Below are positions 51,301-64,000 of a stretch of DNA of 64,000 nt, one piece after another (the stretch's first letter is position 1; every line of letters starts with the position of its first letter). The notes under the pieces are model-generated. The model saw only the letters and a program-made list of their open reading frames with translations. It searched no databases and was not told the origin of the DNA. The position numbers and the translations under genes are program-made. Location: the NCBI GenBank assembly GCA_030704615.1, contig CM060734.1, positions 30,876,001-30,940,000 on the forward strand. The letters are read 5' to 3'. Source of the stretch: Takakia lepidozioides. Its lineage: Eukaryota; Plantae; Bryophyta.

Positions 51301-53989
51301 CGTGCTTCTCCTGCTTCAACTATGGCTTCGGAATCCCGGATTTTGTCAGAGAGGTTAACTAATATTCCCTGATCATCTTCACTTGACTCACTGCTGATCA
51401 GATTCTCTGCGCTGAGAGGGATCGGGCTGCTGAGGACTTCTTGTTGTGAAAGATCAAATCCGAAGTTGTTAACCAGGGGTTGTACAGCAACAACATTCCC
51501 TGCTCCTACTGGATTTGCCAAAGCATGTACAAAAGGTGGGGGCAGTGCCCACAACAATTGGCCCGGTGCTGCAGCTGGTGGTGCAATTGAGCCAACCAGC
51601 ACACGATCTCCTTCATACGTGAGCCACTGCTGATGCTCAGTATCGGTTCCCTCAGAGGATATATCCTCATCAAATAGGACATCTCGGCTTTCTTCCACAC
51701 GCTGAAGATCATTATTCCAGACCCTGTAGGCCTTGCTGGTAGAAGAGTATCCCATGAAAACGCCTTTTCTACTCTTAGCATTGAGTTTCTTGCGCAGTTC
51801 TTTTGGAATATGAACGTATGCATCAGCTCCGAACACCCTGAGATGGGAAACAGAGGGTTTAACCTGGTACCAAAGCTCGTAAGGCGTGCGGCCATGGATC
51901 GTTCTTGTGGCTGTACGATTCAGTGTGTATACTGAGGTATGAGCCACCTCGGCCCAAAACTTGTGATGAACATTTGCTGAGTGAAGCATGCTCCTCACTG
52001 CTTCTATGATAGTTCTGTTGTTGCGTTCTGACGCCGATCTTATGGATATAGTAGACGGTACCTCAGCTAAGCCTGCTGAAACTGCTACTGCAGAAGTCCG
52101 TCTTGAGTGGAAGAAACGCGATAGTCAAGCGTTTAGTCTGATGTGTCAAGCACTGGATGAGAGTATGTTGAAACATATCATGGCGTGTGTATCGTCCGCT
52201 GATATCTGGACCAAGCTGAAGCTCATTCATGAGCAGAACGCTTCAGAAAACGTGCACACGCTTCCATGGCTGAAGGAGAGAGCATAGCAGACTATCTTGC
52301 AAAGATAGAGGTTATCGTTAGTCAGCTTGCCAGTAGAGGAGATACCACCTTCAATGAGCAAGCTGTTATTTCGAAAATCTTGTGCAACCTACCATCAGCT
52401 TTTGATACCTTGATCCTTGGCGCATGCAGCCAGCAGCGTCCAAGATACTATCAAACCTTACCTTACAGCTGTTGCAGACCGAAGGAACGTTCAAGACACG
52501 AGTGCACGCAAGTATAGTCTCGGTTGCAGCCTATGTTGCGTCATCAAAAGGCAAGAAACCTGTCGATGGTGCTGCAGAGTATACGGCCGAGCAGCGTGCT
52601 GCAAGAAGGAAGGATTCAATGACAGAAAGTATGCACGGAACCTTGGCCGCAACCTTTTTTCCTCCTACGTCGCAGCACAGAAACAGATGTACACGCTGCA
52701 TACCGATACTGGCTGCCATCTGCTTGAGGGCGGAAAGATCGTCATGACAGGAGTCGTTTACAACCGGATGTATAGACTCCTTATTGAAGTTGTTTGTCAT
52801 GAACCACCGGTGGCCGCACTAACAGCAAGGTCGTTTGGTGTACCTACTGTAGTCGAGAGTAAGCAATCTCTCGACATTTGGCAAAGACACTTCTCCCATG
52901 CCAGCTATGCTACAGTTCAACAAATGGCTAGTCAGGGCCTCGTTGATGGCATTGTGATTGATGGGAAGGACAACGACTTTTGCCCTGGATGTGCTTACGG
53001 AAAGCAGCATCGGAACACATTGCCTCACGATGAGCACATGGAACGATCGAAGGCACCTGGAGACCTCATTCACACAGACTTGTGTGGTCCGATGTCAAGC
53101 CAGTCTGTTGGTGGAGCTTTGTATATGGCTCTCTTCAAGGATGACAGTACAGGCTTCAGGGTGATCGAGTGTATGAAGACAAAACCGGAGACTTTTATGG
53201 CGTTTAAGAGGTTTGCAGCCCAACTCTTTCGTGAAACGGGCTAGCGTGTCAAAGTGGTTCGCAGCGATCGAGGCATTGAGTTTACCAACTCATCGTTTGT
53301 CAGGTTCTTGGATGACAAAGATATTAAACCCAAGCAAGATGGCTCTGATTTGAAATTTCAACAGATGGAAGTTAGCCCCCTTGAAGCGGGTTATGCTTCC
53401 AAGATCCCTACTCGCGTCAGCCATGGCGGCTGACGTCCAAACCCACGAACTTACTATACGAAGACTAGATCAGGCGGCTAACGGTTCACACAAAAGAACC
53501 TACGACAGGCTAGACAATCATGCTTACACGCGCCTGGCAAGAAGACACCTCCCCTCCAACAAGGACTACAGAACAAGAATATACCTCTGACACACACACG
53601 AGCACAGCTTTAATTAGTAGGTTAAGGAGCCCATAACCTAATGGATGACACCACTTTGTCAAGTAACTCATGCAACTCTTACACCTAGACTGACCCCACA
53701 CACAGCTTTGCAAGCAGCCAGAACATATATTAAACCGTAAATTAGCAAGGGTTACAAGTTACCACTCGTGTACCAAACTCTCGGTACAGAGCATACTCAA
53801 CTCTTGCTACACACAGATAGCAGTACACACTACTGCTACATAACACACTCAGAGGTGCGAGAGACAGTCCTATTGTATGTAACAGGTGTTCCTGGCGGGA
53901 ACTTCACGCATGATTGCTTGCTAGAAACTTACAGACTAATGATTCATTCTCCTACGGCTAGTTCCACGTGGTTGGAGTTACACAGTGCT
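48362..53989 (-). mobile_element. Ty1/copia LTR retrotransposon, degenerate, with an internal inversion
   Basis: LTR copies at 48362-~49547 and 53639-53989. PBS GGTTATGGGCTCC (minus) abuts the LTR at 53638; gag ATG at 53424. RT (WVDDG) and RNase H (YCDADYA) at 49620-50950; integrase split across both strands. Confidence 0.9.
48408..49221. mobile_element. Non-autonomous hAT-type element/MITE inserted in the Copia 3' LTR
   Basis: TIRs CAACGTCCGGG / CCCGGACGCTG; 8-bp TSD GACCCCAC at 48400-48407 and 49222-49229. The uninterrupted site is visible in the other LTR (about 53692). Confidence 0.9.
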
Positions 53990-56900
53990 TACAATCTCCA
54001 ATACTTGACTTCGAATTTTTTGGAAATGCAAACAAATATGAAAAACATCAAAAACCACATATACCAATTCACCTGGTTCTGAGTTGGAGTTATCTGAAAA
54101 CAAACATGGGCCCCTGTTAATTTGAAGGGTTTCGATGGTCAGTAAAAGTGGTGTTTCTGTACATCCAGAAAACATAGGGCAGACAGTGGTGAGTCTGCAA
54201 TGTGACAAGCAGACCACCATTTTCTAGTAAAAATCCCTCCAGTATGTAACTACACATCTCGGAGGCGCCACTAACGACAAGATGAGATACACATTTATTC
54301 CCACCCCCATTCACAAAGATTGAATCTCGTCATTCTTACTATACATACTGAAGATGAGAAAAAACTGACTAAAAGTCACTGATACTCAGACCAAGCTGCA
54401 ACCAAGTCCATTACCGACACGTTTCCCAGGATTGCTAAGGTCTACATTAGGCCCAGGAACGAGTTCACTCAGCACGAATGCTTGATCATTGATGTCAAGA
54501 GTTGTAAATACCAAACGCTTCAACACAGTTTCCAAAAATGTGTACGAATCAGGACTCTCAATCGTTTTGACGGCAGCCCATTCCAAGAACGGATCATGCA
54601 CCGAAAAGCAAAACTGCTCGACACTGGACACCCTAACATTGAAAGTCTAGATCCTTTCTTGCACTACGTTCAACGTAGAGCTTATTGAAGCCTTGTGCAA
54701 GGCCATGACTGCCTGGCGACAAAGAACGTCTTGCTCCGAAGACTCTTGGGTCCGAAGGAATCGTTTCGGTTGACCTTCTCATGTCCGAAATGTTTCCACC
54801 GAAATGAAGCTTTCTCCGTATACGGAACAACCACGAAAGCATGATGATTTTTTAAGGTCGCCTCTTGATCTGTACAGCACGGCAGAACGTTCATTAAATC
54901 CTTCTTAAATAACACTTTTGAGGCCGACGAATGCTTCGCTGAGTCCTGAAGGCAATGTTTGAAATGATTGAAATTATTGGACTGAACGACAAGTGCTTGC
55001 AAGACTACTAATTAGGGCAAGACTCTATGTGATGACCTCGGTGAGAGTGTATGAATATACCGAGTGTGTTGAGCAAGGGGTGATACAATCTATTCTGATC
55101 AACGTCAAACCAGGAATCCGAGGTAGTTCCTGCACCAGCTATGATTAGTGCCAGCGTCTGGCCTAATTCCACCGTTCTCTCCGCTGCCGATTCGATTTCT
55201 CTTACTGCTCGCTAAGGATCTGTTGTGGAGACAATTATTATCTGGATGGTTTTGAAATTTTGAAGTCCACCAGCCCGCTCCTGTAGTGCGGCATCAACAT
55301 CTTTGGCCCATGCGTCTTCCTCGCAGAGTGCAAGTACTCTGGAATATTACCTGTACGTGGTTAGGAATTGTTCATCATTCTCCTGGCACTCATTGATCGC
55401 AGCGAAGTCGATCCTCCAAATGCTGAATTGATATGAGTTACGAGAGAATTGAACACGAGAGGAAATATAACGCACGAAAGAATTGAGCACAGCGGCAGGA
55501 AATTCAGCACATCGCCGCCCTTGAGACTTCAGGGCCTGCATCGTGGTCAGGGCGCACGGTATTCAACTGCGCATTCAGCTACTTGGCGACGAGAAATGAA
55601 ATGAAATGAAATGGTACTCTATAACGACCGCGGGCTTTAGAGAGAACTGAAGTTTGAATCTTCCCCTAGTGCCTCTTGTGTGAGGAAAGTGCTCGATATG
55701 TACCACCAAAGCGAAGAAATATCGGCGAAGGGAGACAAATGAATCAGGATAGCTCGACTTAATCCTCGCTTCCAGGAAAAGAGAATTCTCTCTTTGCTCA
55801 AGCACTAAGTATAAATACTTTGGATTGAACTTGTTATCCAAGGCAGTGAATTGGCATAGAACTACATAATACTTGTAAGCACTCACTAGGTAACAGCAGA
55901 GAGACTAGTTGAGTTACGAGAAATAGACCGTATCGGTAGAGATCTGAGGTCTAGAGAGAGGAAGACTCCCCGGCGGGCTAATTTAGTAGGGCGGTGTGAT
56001 GTCACAGGCCTGTCTTATTGTAGTAAAGGGGTCTTGATCCATTAACGTCATGTGAGCAAGATAACCACCCAACCTAGAGTCCTCTATTTGCCACTTGGTA
56101 AGGAGTGTTCACCAAGACCACTGTCTACCTTGTTCTCAGCCTTGCAACTCTAGGACAGGCCGGTGTCTCCTCCTCCCCCCCTTGCTCTCAGGATACCCTT
56201 TGGTATTCCCTTACAAAGGCCTAACATTTGGTTACTTTCTCTTGCTTAGCCGTAAGTCTCTTCAGCTTCCGTTATAGCTTTTTGTCTTCAGCCTTGCTTA
56301 GCCACTAACCTAGGCATACCAACCTAGTGTGTGACATGTGATTTCTTGGCGCTCCCGTATGCTTACTCCATTGCAGGTTCCCTAGTACTTTAGTAGGGCG
56401 GCATGCTTAAGCGGCTCCTGTAGGGTCCAGTAGTAAGATCTTGCGCCAAGATCACGGCACCCGTAGTGAGATCTCGTAGATCGACACCCTTGTCGATAGT
56501 TCTGGCTTGATCGACATCCTACGGGAGCCGTGATCTTGGAATGGAGTAAGCTCTTGCACGATCGCGAAACTTAGTTCAGCTCCAAGTAAGATCTTGCATG
56601 ATCGCGAAACTTAGTTTAGCACGTACAACTCTATCTACACAGGCACTTGACATGCAGCTTGGCGACTATGGTGATCATGAAAGATGCAGGCCACAGGGAC
56701 TCAGGGTCAGGAGCTCCCCGTAGCACTACTTCCTGCATGTAGGGGTTAACTAGTGAACTTAATAATATATGCCTCTACTCAATTAGCGAGGCACATGACC
56801 AGGAGATGACCAGGCTGGCCAGTTTCCTGAGAAAGATCTAACTTCAATTTTTTTTGAACGCGGTGTCGTTTTCCCAAATTGTAGCTTTGCAGGCGGCCGA

Positions 56901-57461
56901 AAACTTGAGAAGGGTATCCAGCTGGGTCGAATGTATTTAACGAATTTCAGGTGACCAGCTTGCTGTGAAGTTGACATAATTAATGATCATGTATGATGGT
57001 GTAGTCGTTGTTAGCATTTGGGCACAAGTATGATAAAGATGAATACAGTAACAGCTCAAATTGTGTCATCGAGATCTAGATGGGACCTCGATGAATTAGA
57101 GACCCAAGTCCAAACATTAGTTTGCTATGATTAGGATTGAGATTCCCCAGTTGCTGAACATATGGGGAGGGTATAAGTATGGAGATGGATAGTCCTGAGT
57201 GTCAACCGCTCACGGGGGGAGTCTTTGTGCTGTTCAGCTCAGTGATTTTCGTCTCCAGAGAAAAGTTTAGAAGAGTCAGATTGGATCATCCGCGAGTTAG
57301 AGTTGCTAAGGGCCATTTCCAAAGTTGCAGCACAAGAGTTCACGAGCAGGAGAGAGAGAGAGTGATCCCTACAGTGTGAAAAATTGTCTAGTCCTGAGCC
57401 TAGGAGCACCAGTTGGATCTTGAGAAACGCGAACGGAGATCATCGGATTCAAACAGGTTCA

Positions 57462-57956
57462 ATGGGTTCCCTTTTTAGTAAGCCTCATCATGAAGTCTGC
57501 CAGGTTTCAGAAGAAGATATGAGGAAGGGACGCGAGAAGGCCTCCTTGGCCTTGGCCTTCTCGCGTTCCTTAGACTTGGCCTTGGCCAAGGCCAAGACCA
57601 AGGCCAAGACCAAGGCAGAGGAGGAGCAGAAAAACCGACAACTGAGGATGCAGGCCCTTGATGAGTTCAACGACTGGATCAGAGAATCCGGGAATCTATC
57701 TGTCAATCCTCCCGTTCTATTAGTCATTGGGCCTCAGCATCACGGGAAATCTTCGTTCATCAATTCAGTGTTCCGCGTATTCCGCAATGAAACTGGTCCT
57801 ATGATTCGCAGGGCAGAGGCAGGTCGAGCCTGCGATAGGGAGACGACAATAAGATATAAATTCTATCTTGTGATCTTCTCAGGGGACGGGAAAAATTTGA
57901 TAATATTCACGATGGTGGATGTGTCACCTAGGGATCAACAATCTCTCGCACTCTAA
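57462..57956 (+). CDS. P-loop GTPase resembling IFI44-like proteins (N-terminal part; probably a pseudogene continuing to about 58690)
   Basis: MGSLFSK start, coiled segment, LLVIGPQHHGKSSFINSVFRVF (Walker A), G2-like ETT, and FTMVD. Confidence 0.55.
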   Translation: MGSLFSKPHHEVCQVSEEDMRKGREKASLALAFSRSLDLALAKAKTKAKTKAEEEQKNRQLRMQALDEFNDWIRESGNLSVNPPVLLVIGPQHHGKSSFINSVFRVFRNETGPMIRRAEAGRACDRETTIRYKFYLVIFSGDGKNLIIFTMVDVSPRDQQSLAL

Positions 57957-58753
57957 AGTTTCAGCAATAAATGGTAAGAGAAGGTGGGGATGATGTTTTG
58001 CTTTCCGGTAGATGATCCGTTGCCGTCAGAGTCCTGATTCGTGCACATTTTTGGAAACTGTGTTGAAGCGTTTGGTATATACAACTCTTGACATCAATGA
58101 TCAAGCAGTCATGCTGAGTGAACTCGTCCCTGTGGGTACGTAAACTATTGATCCAATACCCCATTTTAAAAAGCAAAAAAAAATATTAAACATGAGTATC
58201 AACATGAAATGAAAATCAACATTGTGTACAGTCAAGCATTGTGTTCATTCATTTCATGCTTGTACCCCTCAGCGGATGGTTCACGCTCTCCAGGGGGGAA
58301 GCGAAGGCGCAGTCTAATTCACAATTATATCATTAACAACCACATGAGCATAGCTCCTTGGATGGAGTGAGTATTGTTCCTTAGCACTTTCTGGCAAGTT
58401 TGCATGTGTATGAATTTCATTTCATGGTGGACAGTGAGAGTTAATTTACAAAATTTGTGCTCTCGATTGCAGGAAGTATGAAAAAGCCCAAGCAGATGTG
58501 GAATCAGGTCGGTCTGCTTTTTGGGTGATAGGGTACCTACCGGAGGAGTGATTGGACGAAAGTACCATCGGGAGACTTTCCTACATAAAATACACTTCCA
58601 ATCAAAATGAAATAACCATTGGACGTTTTGTAGAAATCGTCATAAGTAGTGCCGAGCAACACGTAGCCCTAGTATTTTGAAAACAGCAATGGATATGTAT
58701 GTTTCGTTGCAACTCAGTGACCAGGCTCGCTTATAGTCATTGTATGCATGTGA

Positions 58754-58850
58754 CAATCCATGCAAACATTTTCTCGAGCCTGGCACGCTCTGGGCTGTAG
58801 TGGCAATCCATGCAAACATTTTCACGAGCCTGGCACGCTCTGGGCTGTAG
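58754..58850. repeat. ~50-bp tandem duplication
   Basis: CAATCCATGCAAACATTTTCWCGAGCCTGGCACGCTCTGGGCTGTAG occurs twice. Confidence 0.85.
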
Positions 58851-61392
58851 CCTGGCACACTCACTCACATTTCTTACAATCGATTTGTGCACATCTCATT
58901 TCCTCGTAAGAAACACCCTAGAAATTCCCTTTGTTACCTTTACCTTGTCAGACGACAAGTTTCATCCTGACGAGTATGAACTAAATCCCGAGGTGGATTA
59001 GTTTCCTCCGAGGAAGGGACCGGATCCTACTCAAGTCAGTCTCCCCTGCTTGGAGAATCCAAAGTTTCAATCTCAATGGTTAGTCCATCGGGTGAATGAT
59101 AGCAACATCTAGGTAATTCCCGAGATCTAATAAAACCAATGGCCGTTTGCTTTCAAATATCCTCGGCGGAAGGGGGCGATACCTCCCTTAAAACTTCTAT
59201 TTTTAAGTTAAGGGGGATCCGGATAAAATCCCTTATTAAAGGCGAATTACCATGCTGAACTCCCAAAGAAGGCGCAAGTTTCCTTGCCCTTTGGGTGGGA
59301 GTCACCCAATTTCGGCACTACGCAAACATACGATTCACCCAATTTATAATAAAGAACAAATAATTAAAACCTTCATACAAATGCATAAATTTCGTAGAAA
59401 TAAAGAACCCTCATAGGATCCTCAAACTAACCAAATTAACCTCAAGGTACAAGGGAATGCCCTGGGAACGCCTTTTATGTCGGGAGCATTGGGGAACCGC
59501 TCTCCACTTTGGGAGCACCCAAAATTCCTTTTCCCAATATAATCAATAATGCATTAGCAACTTAAGCAATCACCTGGCTAGGATGAATGAAATCTGCCTA
59601 CTATCAGTTTCTCATCTGATTGTCACCTCAGTCTGTAAACAATGATTAAACATTCAGTGGGTCCCAGGGTCCATTCCCTACGCCTCTTCCACCTACTTCC
59701 AATATAATCTGATTAATTTATGCAAACAACCAGTCTAGAACGAATTTGGAACATGTCATCTTCTACCTTCTGGAACCCCTACCATGGATTCTCTCCTCCC
59801 TGTCTCTGGGCTCTCTCTCTCTGCCTATGGCATCCACCCGCGAGTCGTGCTTTCACAAGCCCCGGGATACATATCAAACTGATGGCTTCAATCGGGCCTA
59901 TCCAATGGTACCAACCATTTCTTATCTTTTGTTAAAACACGTCTTCATTTCCATGCAAGACGAACACCATAAATAGTGCACAAGAAATCAAAGGCATAGG
60001 GAGAAAACCCCCCTTAAAATGCCCGTATTAGGACCAGCAGTCCCTGGCGAGGTCCGTCGCAATATCCAGCGGTTAAAATTGATACCCCGCGGCCAGCGCC
60101 ACGTGGCGCGACATTACTGGCCCGCCGCCGGCGCGGGTCCAGTGGGTAATTGCAAGCTCCCTCGTCTCTGCCGCTCGTGTCGTACCTACCCAGGCCCAGC
60201 TATGGCGCCTGGTGCTGCCACGTAGTGTACCAGCAACCCGTACTTTGTTCCAGGGGTCAATTCCCCCCACAGGGGAAGGCCACGCCACCCGTGTTAGATG
60301 GGCTTTGCCTTTTTTGACAGTTCTCTACAAAAATAGCTTAATCACTTATAAAGCTAGTTAGCAATGCCTCCCATGGTCCTCCATGGCCAGGGGGCTTATG
60401 AACATGTAAATAGACTTAATAATATGGAAATATTGGCGATAGCTTCGCCGTCTCATGCAATATGGCCGTTACCACTAAGCTAGAAATGGAAATTTGACAA
60501 GAGCTTCGCCACTTCATGCAAGCTCGCCCTCTCCTTAAACTTAATAATGGACCCTCACTTCCCTGACGTCATTGGGTTAGATTCCTAAGGTCATGTCTAT
60601 GGGAGAAGGTATTCAACGTCTATAATGGATGACTAAGCTGCTTCAGCAATGCAGTTAGCTAGGTGGAAGTGCGCTATGGAGACTACTGAAACAACCATGC
60701 GATCAAGAACTAGCATAAGAAACAGCAGTTCCCATTCAAAAGTTTGGCTTAAGGTACTTTGCATTGTAGCATATGGCAAGGGCCGGAGTAGGGATCAGGT
60801 GAAATGGACATAGGGAAAGAAATGACATGGTCTTTTAGAAAGACCTTTGTGAGATATATGGGTCCAAGCTGGGCACTCAAAGAGCTTATTGGACAACAAA
60901 AACCAATAAATAAAGTCAAGAGTAGTATTAATGTATTCAAGAACAGTATATATCAACGTGAGTCTGGTCACACTCCCACTCTCCGCATGTAAGAGATTCT
61001 ACGAGTCCATGATACCATGCTCAAAATCACAAAAGGTCCAAAATCTCTTCAGATGTTAGAAAATAGACAGGACTCACGACTAAAAATATTGGAGAAAATG
61101 TTTGTAGCAACAACCAGCTGGTATGTAACTTTGTAACTTCGCACAACAAGAACTCAAACCCTTCCCGTTCTGGCATACTCGAGGGACTGTTTGATGATAT
61201 ATATGATTTCTTGGTATGTGCTTACGTTAACTTTGAGCTCGTCTCCAGAATGGGCCACGTAGTTAGACAAGCAGTGTCTGTACTGCCATCTCCTCCAATT
61301 CGTTCGACGATGATTTTTAATTTATCTCTGTCCACCCGGTCTTTGTTGGTCACGAATGGCATGCATAGAAGCACAACCAAGAGATATATATC

Positions 61393-62014
61393 TTATAAGC
61401 AAGTGCATACAATAAGCAAGATGGGGTAAGGCACTAGACATTCTGCTCTCATTGACGATCTATACATCATATAACTCAACACTTGCAAAACAGCTATAAG
61501 GAGGCAAAACTTTTCCAAGATTGGAATATGAGGGTTCGTTAAATTGAACCCTGAAAACAATGACTTCAGACACTGGATACAGGATCTCGATGCTCCCGAG
61601 GACCATTGTGACATAGAATTTGATCAGTAAAGTCTCAATTGATTTGAGATATTTTAATTTGGTAACCGAACATATAATGAACAAACCTAGGTCTACCTCA
61701 GAATGAAAACCAGTCCGGTATAGATCTCGAAACCCACCCTCCTGTCGCAAAATTGTTCGCATCTTTGCGAGAATGCCCTCGTTCTTACTCTTCACTGCCT
61801 AAAGCTCAATCGCGCTCAAGACTATAAGAACGCAGTCTGGTTGAGCTCTCAGTCGCCCGGGTCTGGAACCTTCACCCTTGCCACGGCCAGCCTCATCGTC
61901 CTCGGAATCAGTGGACTTACATAAGTCAGTGGAGCCATTGGTGATCACATTTAGTAGGTTTTTCAATCTCTTCTGATCTCTCATGTCCATGGCAGATAAC
62001 GACGGGCCCAACAA
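61393..62014 (-). pseudogene. Degenerate C-terminal part of a possible IFI44-like GTPase paralogue
   Basis: PDCVLIVLSA...ILAKMRTIL...VTKL resembles the G4-containing half of IFI44-like GTPases; contains stops. Confidence 0.3.
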
Positions 62015-64000
62015 TGGACACCCTAAAACTGAAAGTCTAGATGCCTTCCTACACTACGTTCAACATAGAGCTTATGGAAGCCTTGTGTTGGCCATGACTG
62101 CCTGGTGACAAGGAACGTCTTGCTCCGAAGACTCTGCGGAAAGGTGTCGTTTCGGTTGACCTTCTCATGTCCGAAATGTTTCCACCGAAATGAAGTTTTC
62201 TCCGTATACGGAACGTGCTGTACAAAACTGAGATCTGAGTTTGATTATATATTTCTCCTGTCGACAACAGCTTCAATGGATTCCTCATTCTACTTGTAGT
62301 AGCTTCTCAACTAAGTCTAGGGTCTATTTCTCGATTTATCTTTATCTGTTGTTCCATTTCCATGGCTTGATTGATGTAGTTGGAAAGGCTGGTATAGTTC
62401 TGATTATGCCTGAGCAGGTTAGTCTGCTGGTCCATATTTGCTCGCAGTTGGATCATCTGTATAAAGTGTGGAGTTTACCAGACGAGTGGGCATTGGCATC
62501 TTTTTGGGATTAAAGGTTGGAACATTGACAGTTAGCTTGCCTGATGCAGGCAACTGTGGCATATTATCTAATGCTAGATAAGAGGCGTCGTCTATCTAAT
62601 GGCTATCTTGGGGCTGAGTTTGAAGAAGCCAAGGTGAGTTGCAGTTGAACTGAATGAGGAACTTGTTATGGACATTTAGCATGGGCCTGGGGCATGTAAG
62701 TAGCTTGTGCCCACCTATGGCTGCAATTATCTTATTGTCAAAGAGGCTGACAGCCTGTCCTTGATACATGGTCACTACAACAAAAGGGAATCTAAGCATA
62801 CAAGGCATTCGAGTTATTGTTAGTTTGGCACAACTTTTGCATCAACATGTCCTGCCTTGATTGTTCAAAATTTGTAGTACTCTTTCAGAGATGTCACGAA
62901 CCTTTAAAGCTGAGTTGTATATGTTTTTGGCAGGTTTGCAGTTTTGTTGGGTGCTTATGTGAGCCTTGGGAAGGTGATGTTGTTTCTGTTAGTGGAAGAT
63001 AGGTCTAAAGAAATTTGATGGTTATGGTGATAGCTGGATGTCAGTTATATGTTGACACTCATTGCTTTGAGAAGGATAGACATGCAGGAACACCTGGTCC
63101 CCATGTTACCCATGCATTTCATGTGCTCAACTCCCTTGGGGAGACCTTCCTAAGTGAAGGTACTAGTGCATACAGCTAGTATGGATTGGCGGGGTCCATC
63201 TCCTTCTCTTTTACAACATAGGGTGGCCGCAGAGCAAAAGTGGGCTTTGGGTCTTCATATCCTCCCACTCCCACTATTTGTCTGTATTCTCCAAACCTGC
63301 AAGACAGTTTGATTCCAGGAGGCTGTAACTGTCAACCTGAAACCGTTTGACGTTGTCTCATGTATCTCACTTACCAAATGCAAGGGTAGATTCTCCCAGT
63401 GTACTTGTATTTCATGTACTTGTTGATGGTGTTCTATTTACTAGTCTAGGATTTCAATTGAAGACCCACGCTTGAAGCACAGGCAGTGTCGCTATCTGCG
63501 CGATGGAATATTTCCCTATCGACACCCCAACCATGTAACCGTTAAGAGACAGTAAGGTTCCAGCAAATAAGCCTGGTGGTTGGTTAGTAATACCATGGCC
63601 GCACTGTGGGGAGTCCTGAGAGCCACTTTGATGGCCATGTTTCACCCAGTAGCCTGGACTTTTTGTCACCACAAAATTGGGAAGATAGTATAACAGAACT
63701 TGCAAGTGATGGCCTTTCTGATTCGCCCATGGCAGGATCTGTCTATAAGGTATCCTCTGTCCACTGGACAGCTGACCCTTGAGGAGGTGGCAATGAGTGT
63801 TGAGTTTTGAGCCCAGAGATAGCGGAGCAGGAGTTGAAAAGGATCTTGTCAAGTTTGAAGTTCAGGTAAGTTTGTTCCAGCTTGTCGCTTATGTGATCTC
63901 TAAGTCTAAGGCTCCCTATAGAAAACCCAGTGGTTAATGCCCCTTGTGGTTTCCTTGGGTGGTGGGGGGTCAATCCTGTTGTGACCTATACAACTGTGGA

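Noticed and set aside
55995-56650. Possible solo LTR with short tandem repeats (about 56548-56620)
   Set aside because: No convincing TSD, partner LTR or PBS could be identified.
62773-62790. CACTACAACAAAAGG as a CACTA left end
   Set aside because: No subterminal repeats follow and there is no matching right end in the window.
62290-64000. Possible degenerate retroelement coding sequence on the minus strand
   Set aside because: No diagnostic motif could be recognised by eye.

Overview
Transposon-rich eukaryotic DNA, most likely from a non-seed land plant (inferred from a PPR-DYW gene, chromodomain Ty3/gypsy elements, a Copia with a GGTTATGGG-type PBS and GT-AG introns). In order, the window holds: a PPR-DYW pseudogene (1-1832); a gap-truncated chromoviral Ty3/gypsy (2886-8479); a 500-N gap; the right part of a CACTA element (to 16213); and a complete chromoviral Ty3/gypsy with a GAGGA TSD (16950-23913). 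Next come two nested, related Mutator-like (MULE) transposons (outer 23928-45724, inner 24746-35164, each with a 9-bp TSD). After these are an MnmE gene fragment, a Copia with an internal inversion and a hAT-type insert in its LTR (48362-53989), and fragments of an IFI44-like P-loop GTPase gene. The main candidate new system is in the MULEs. Each carries, divergent from a GCM-like/DDE/SWIM transposase, a multi-intron cargo gene encoding a ParB/Srx-like domain (DGNHR) fused to a beta-class N6A/N4C DNA-methyltransferase-like domain. Each also carries arrays of element-specific 20-24 bp palindromes with a shared GTYRAC core in the equivalent introns. All domain calls are from motif recognition by eye; no searches were run.
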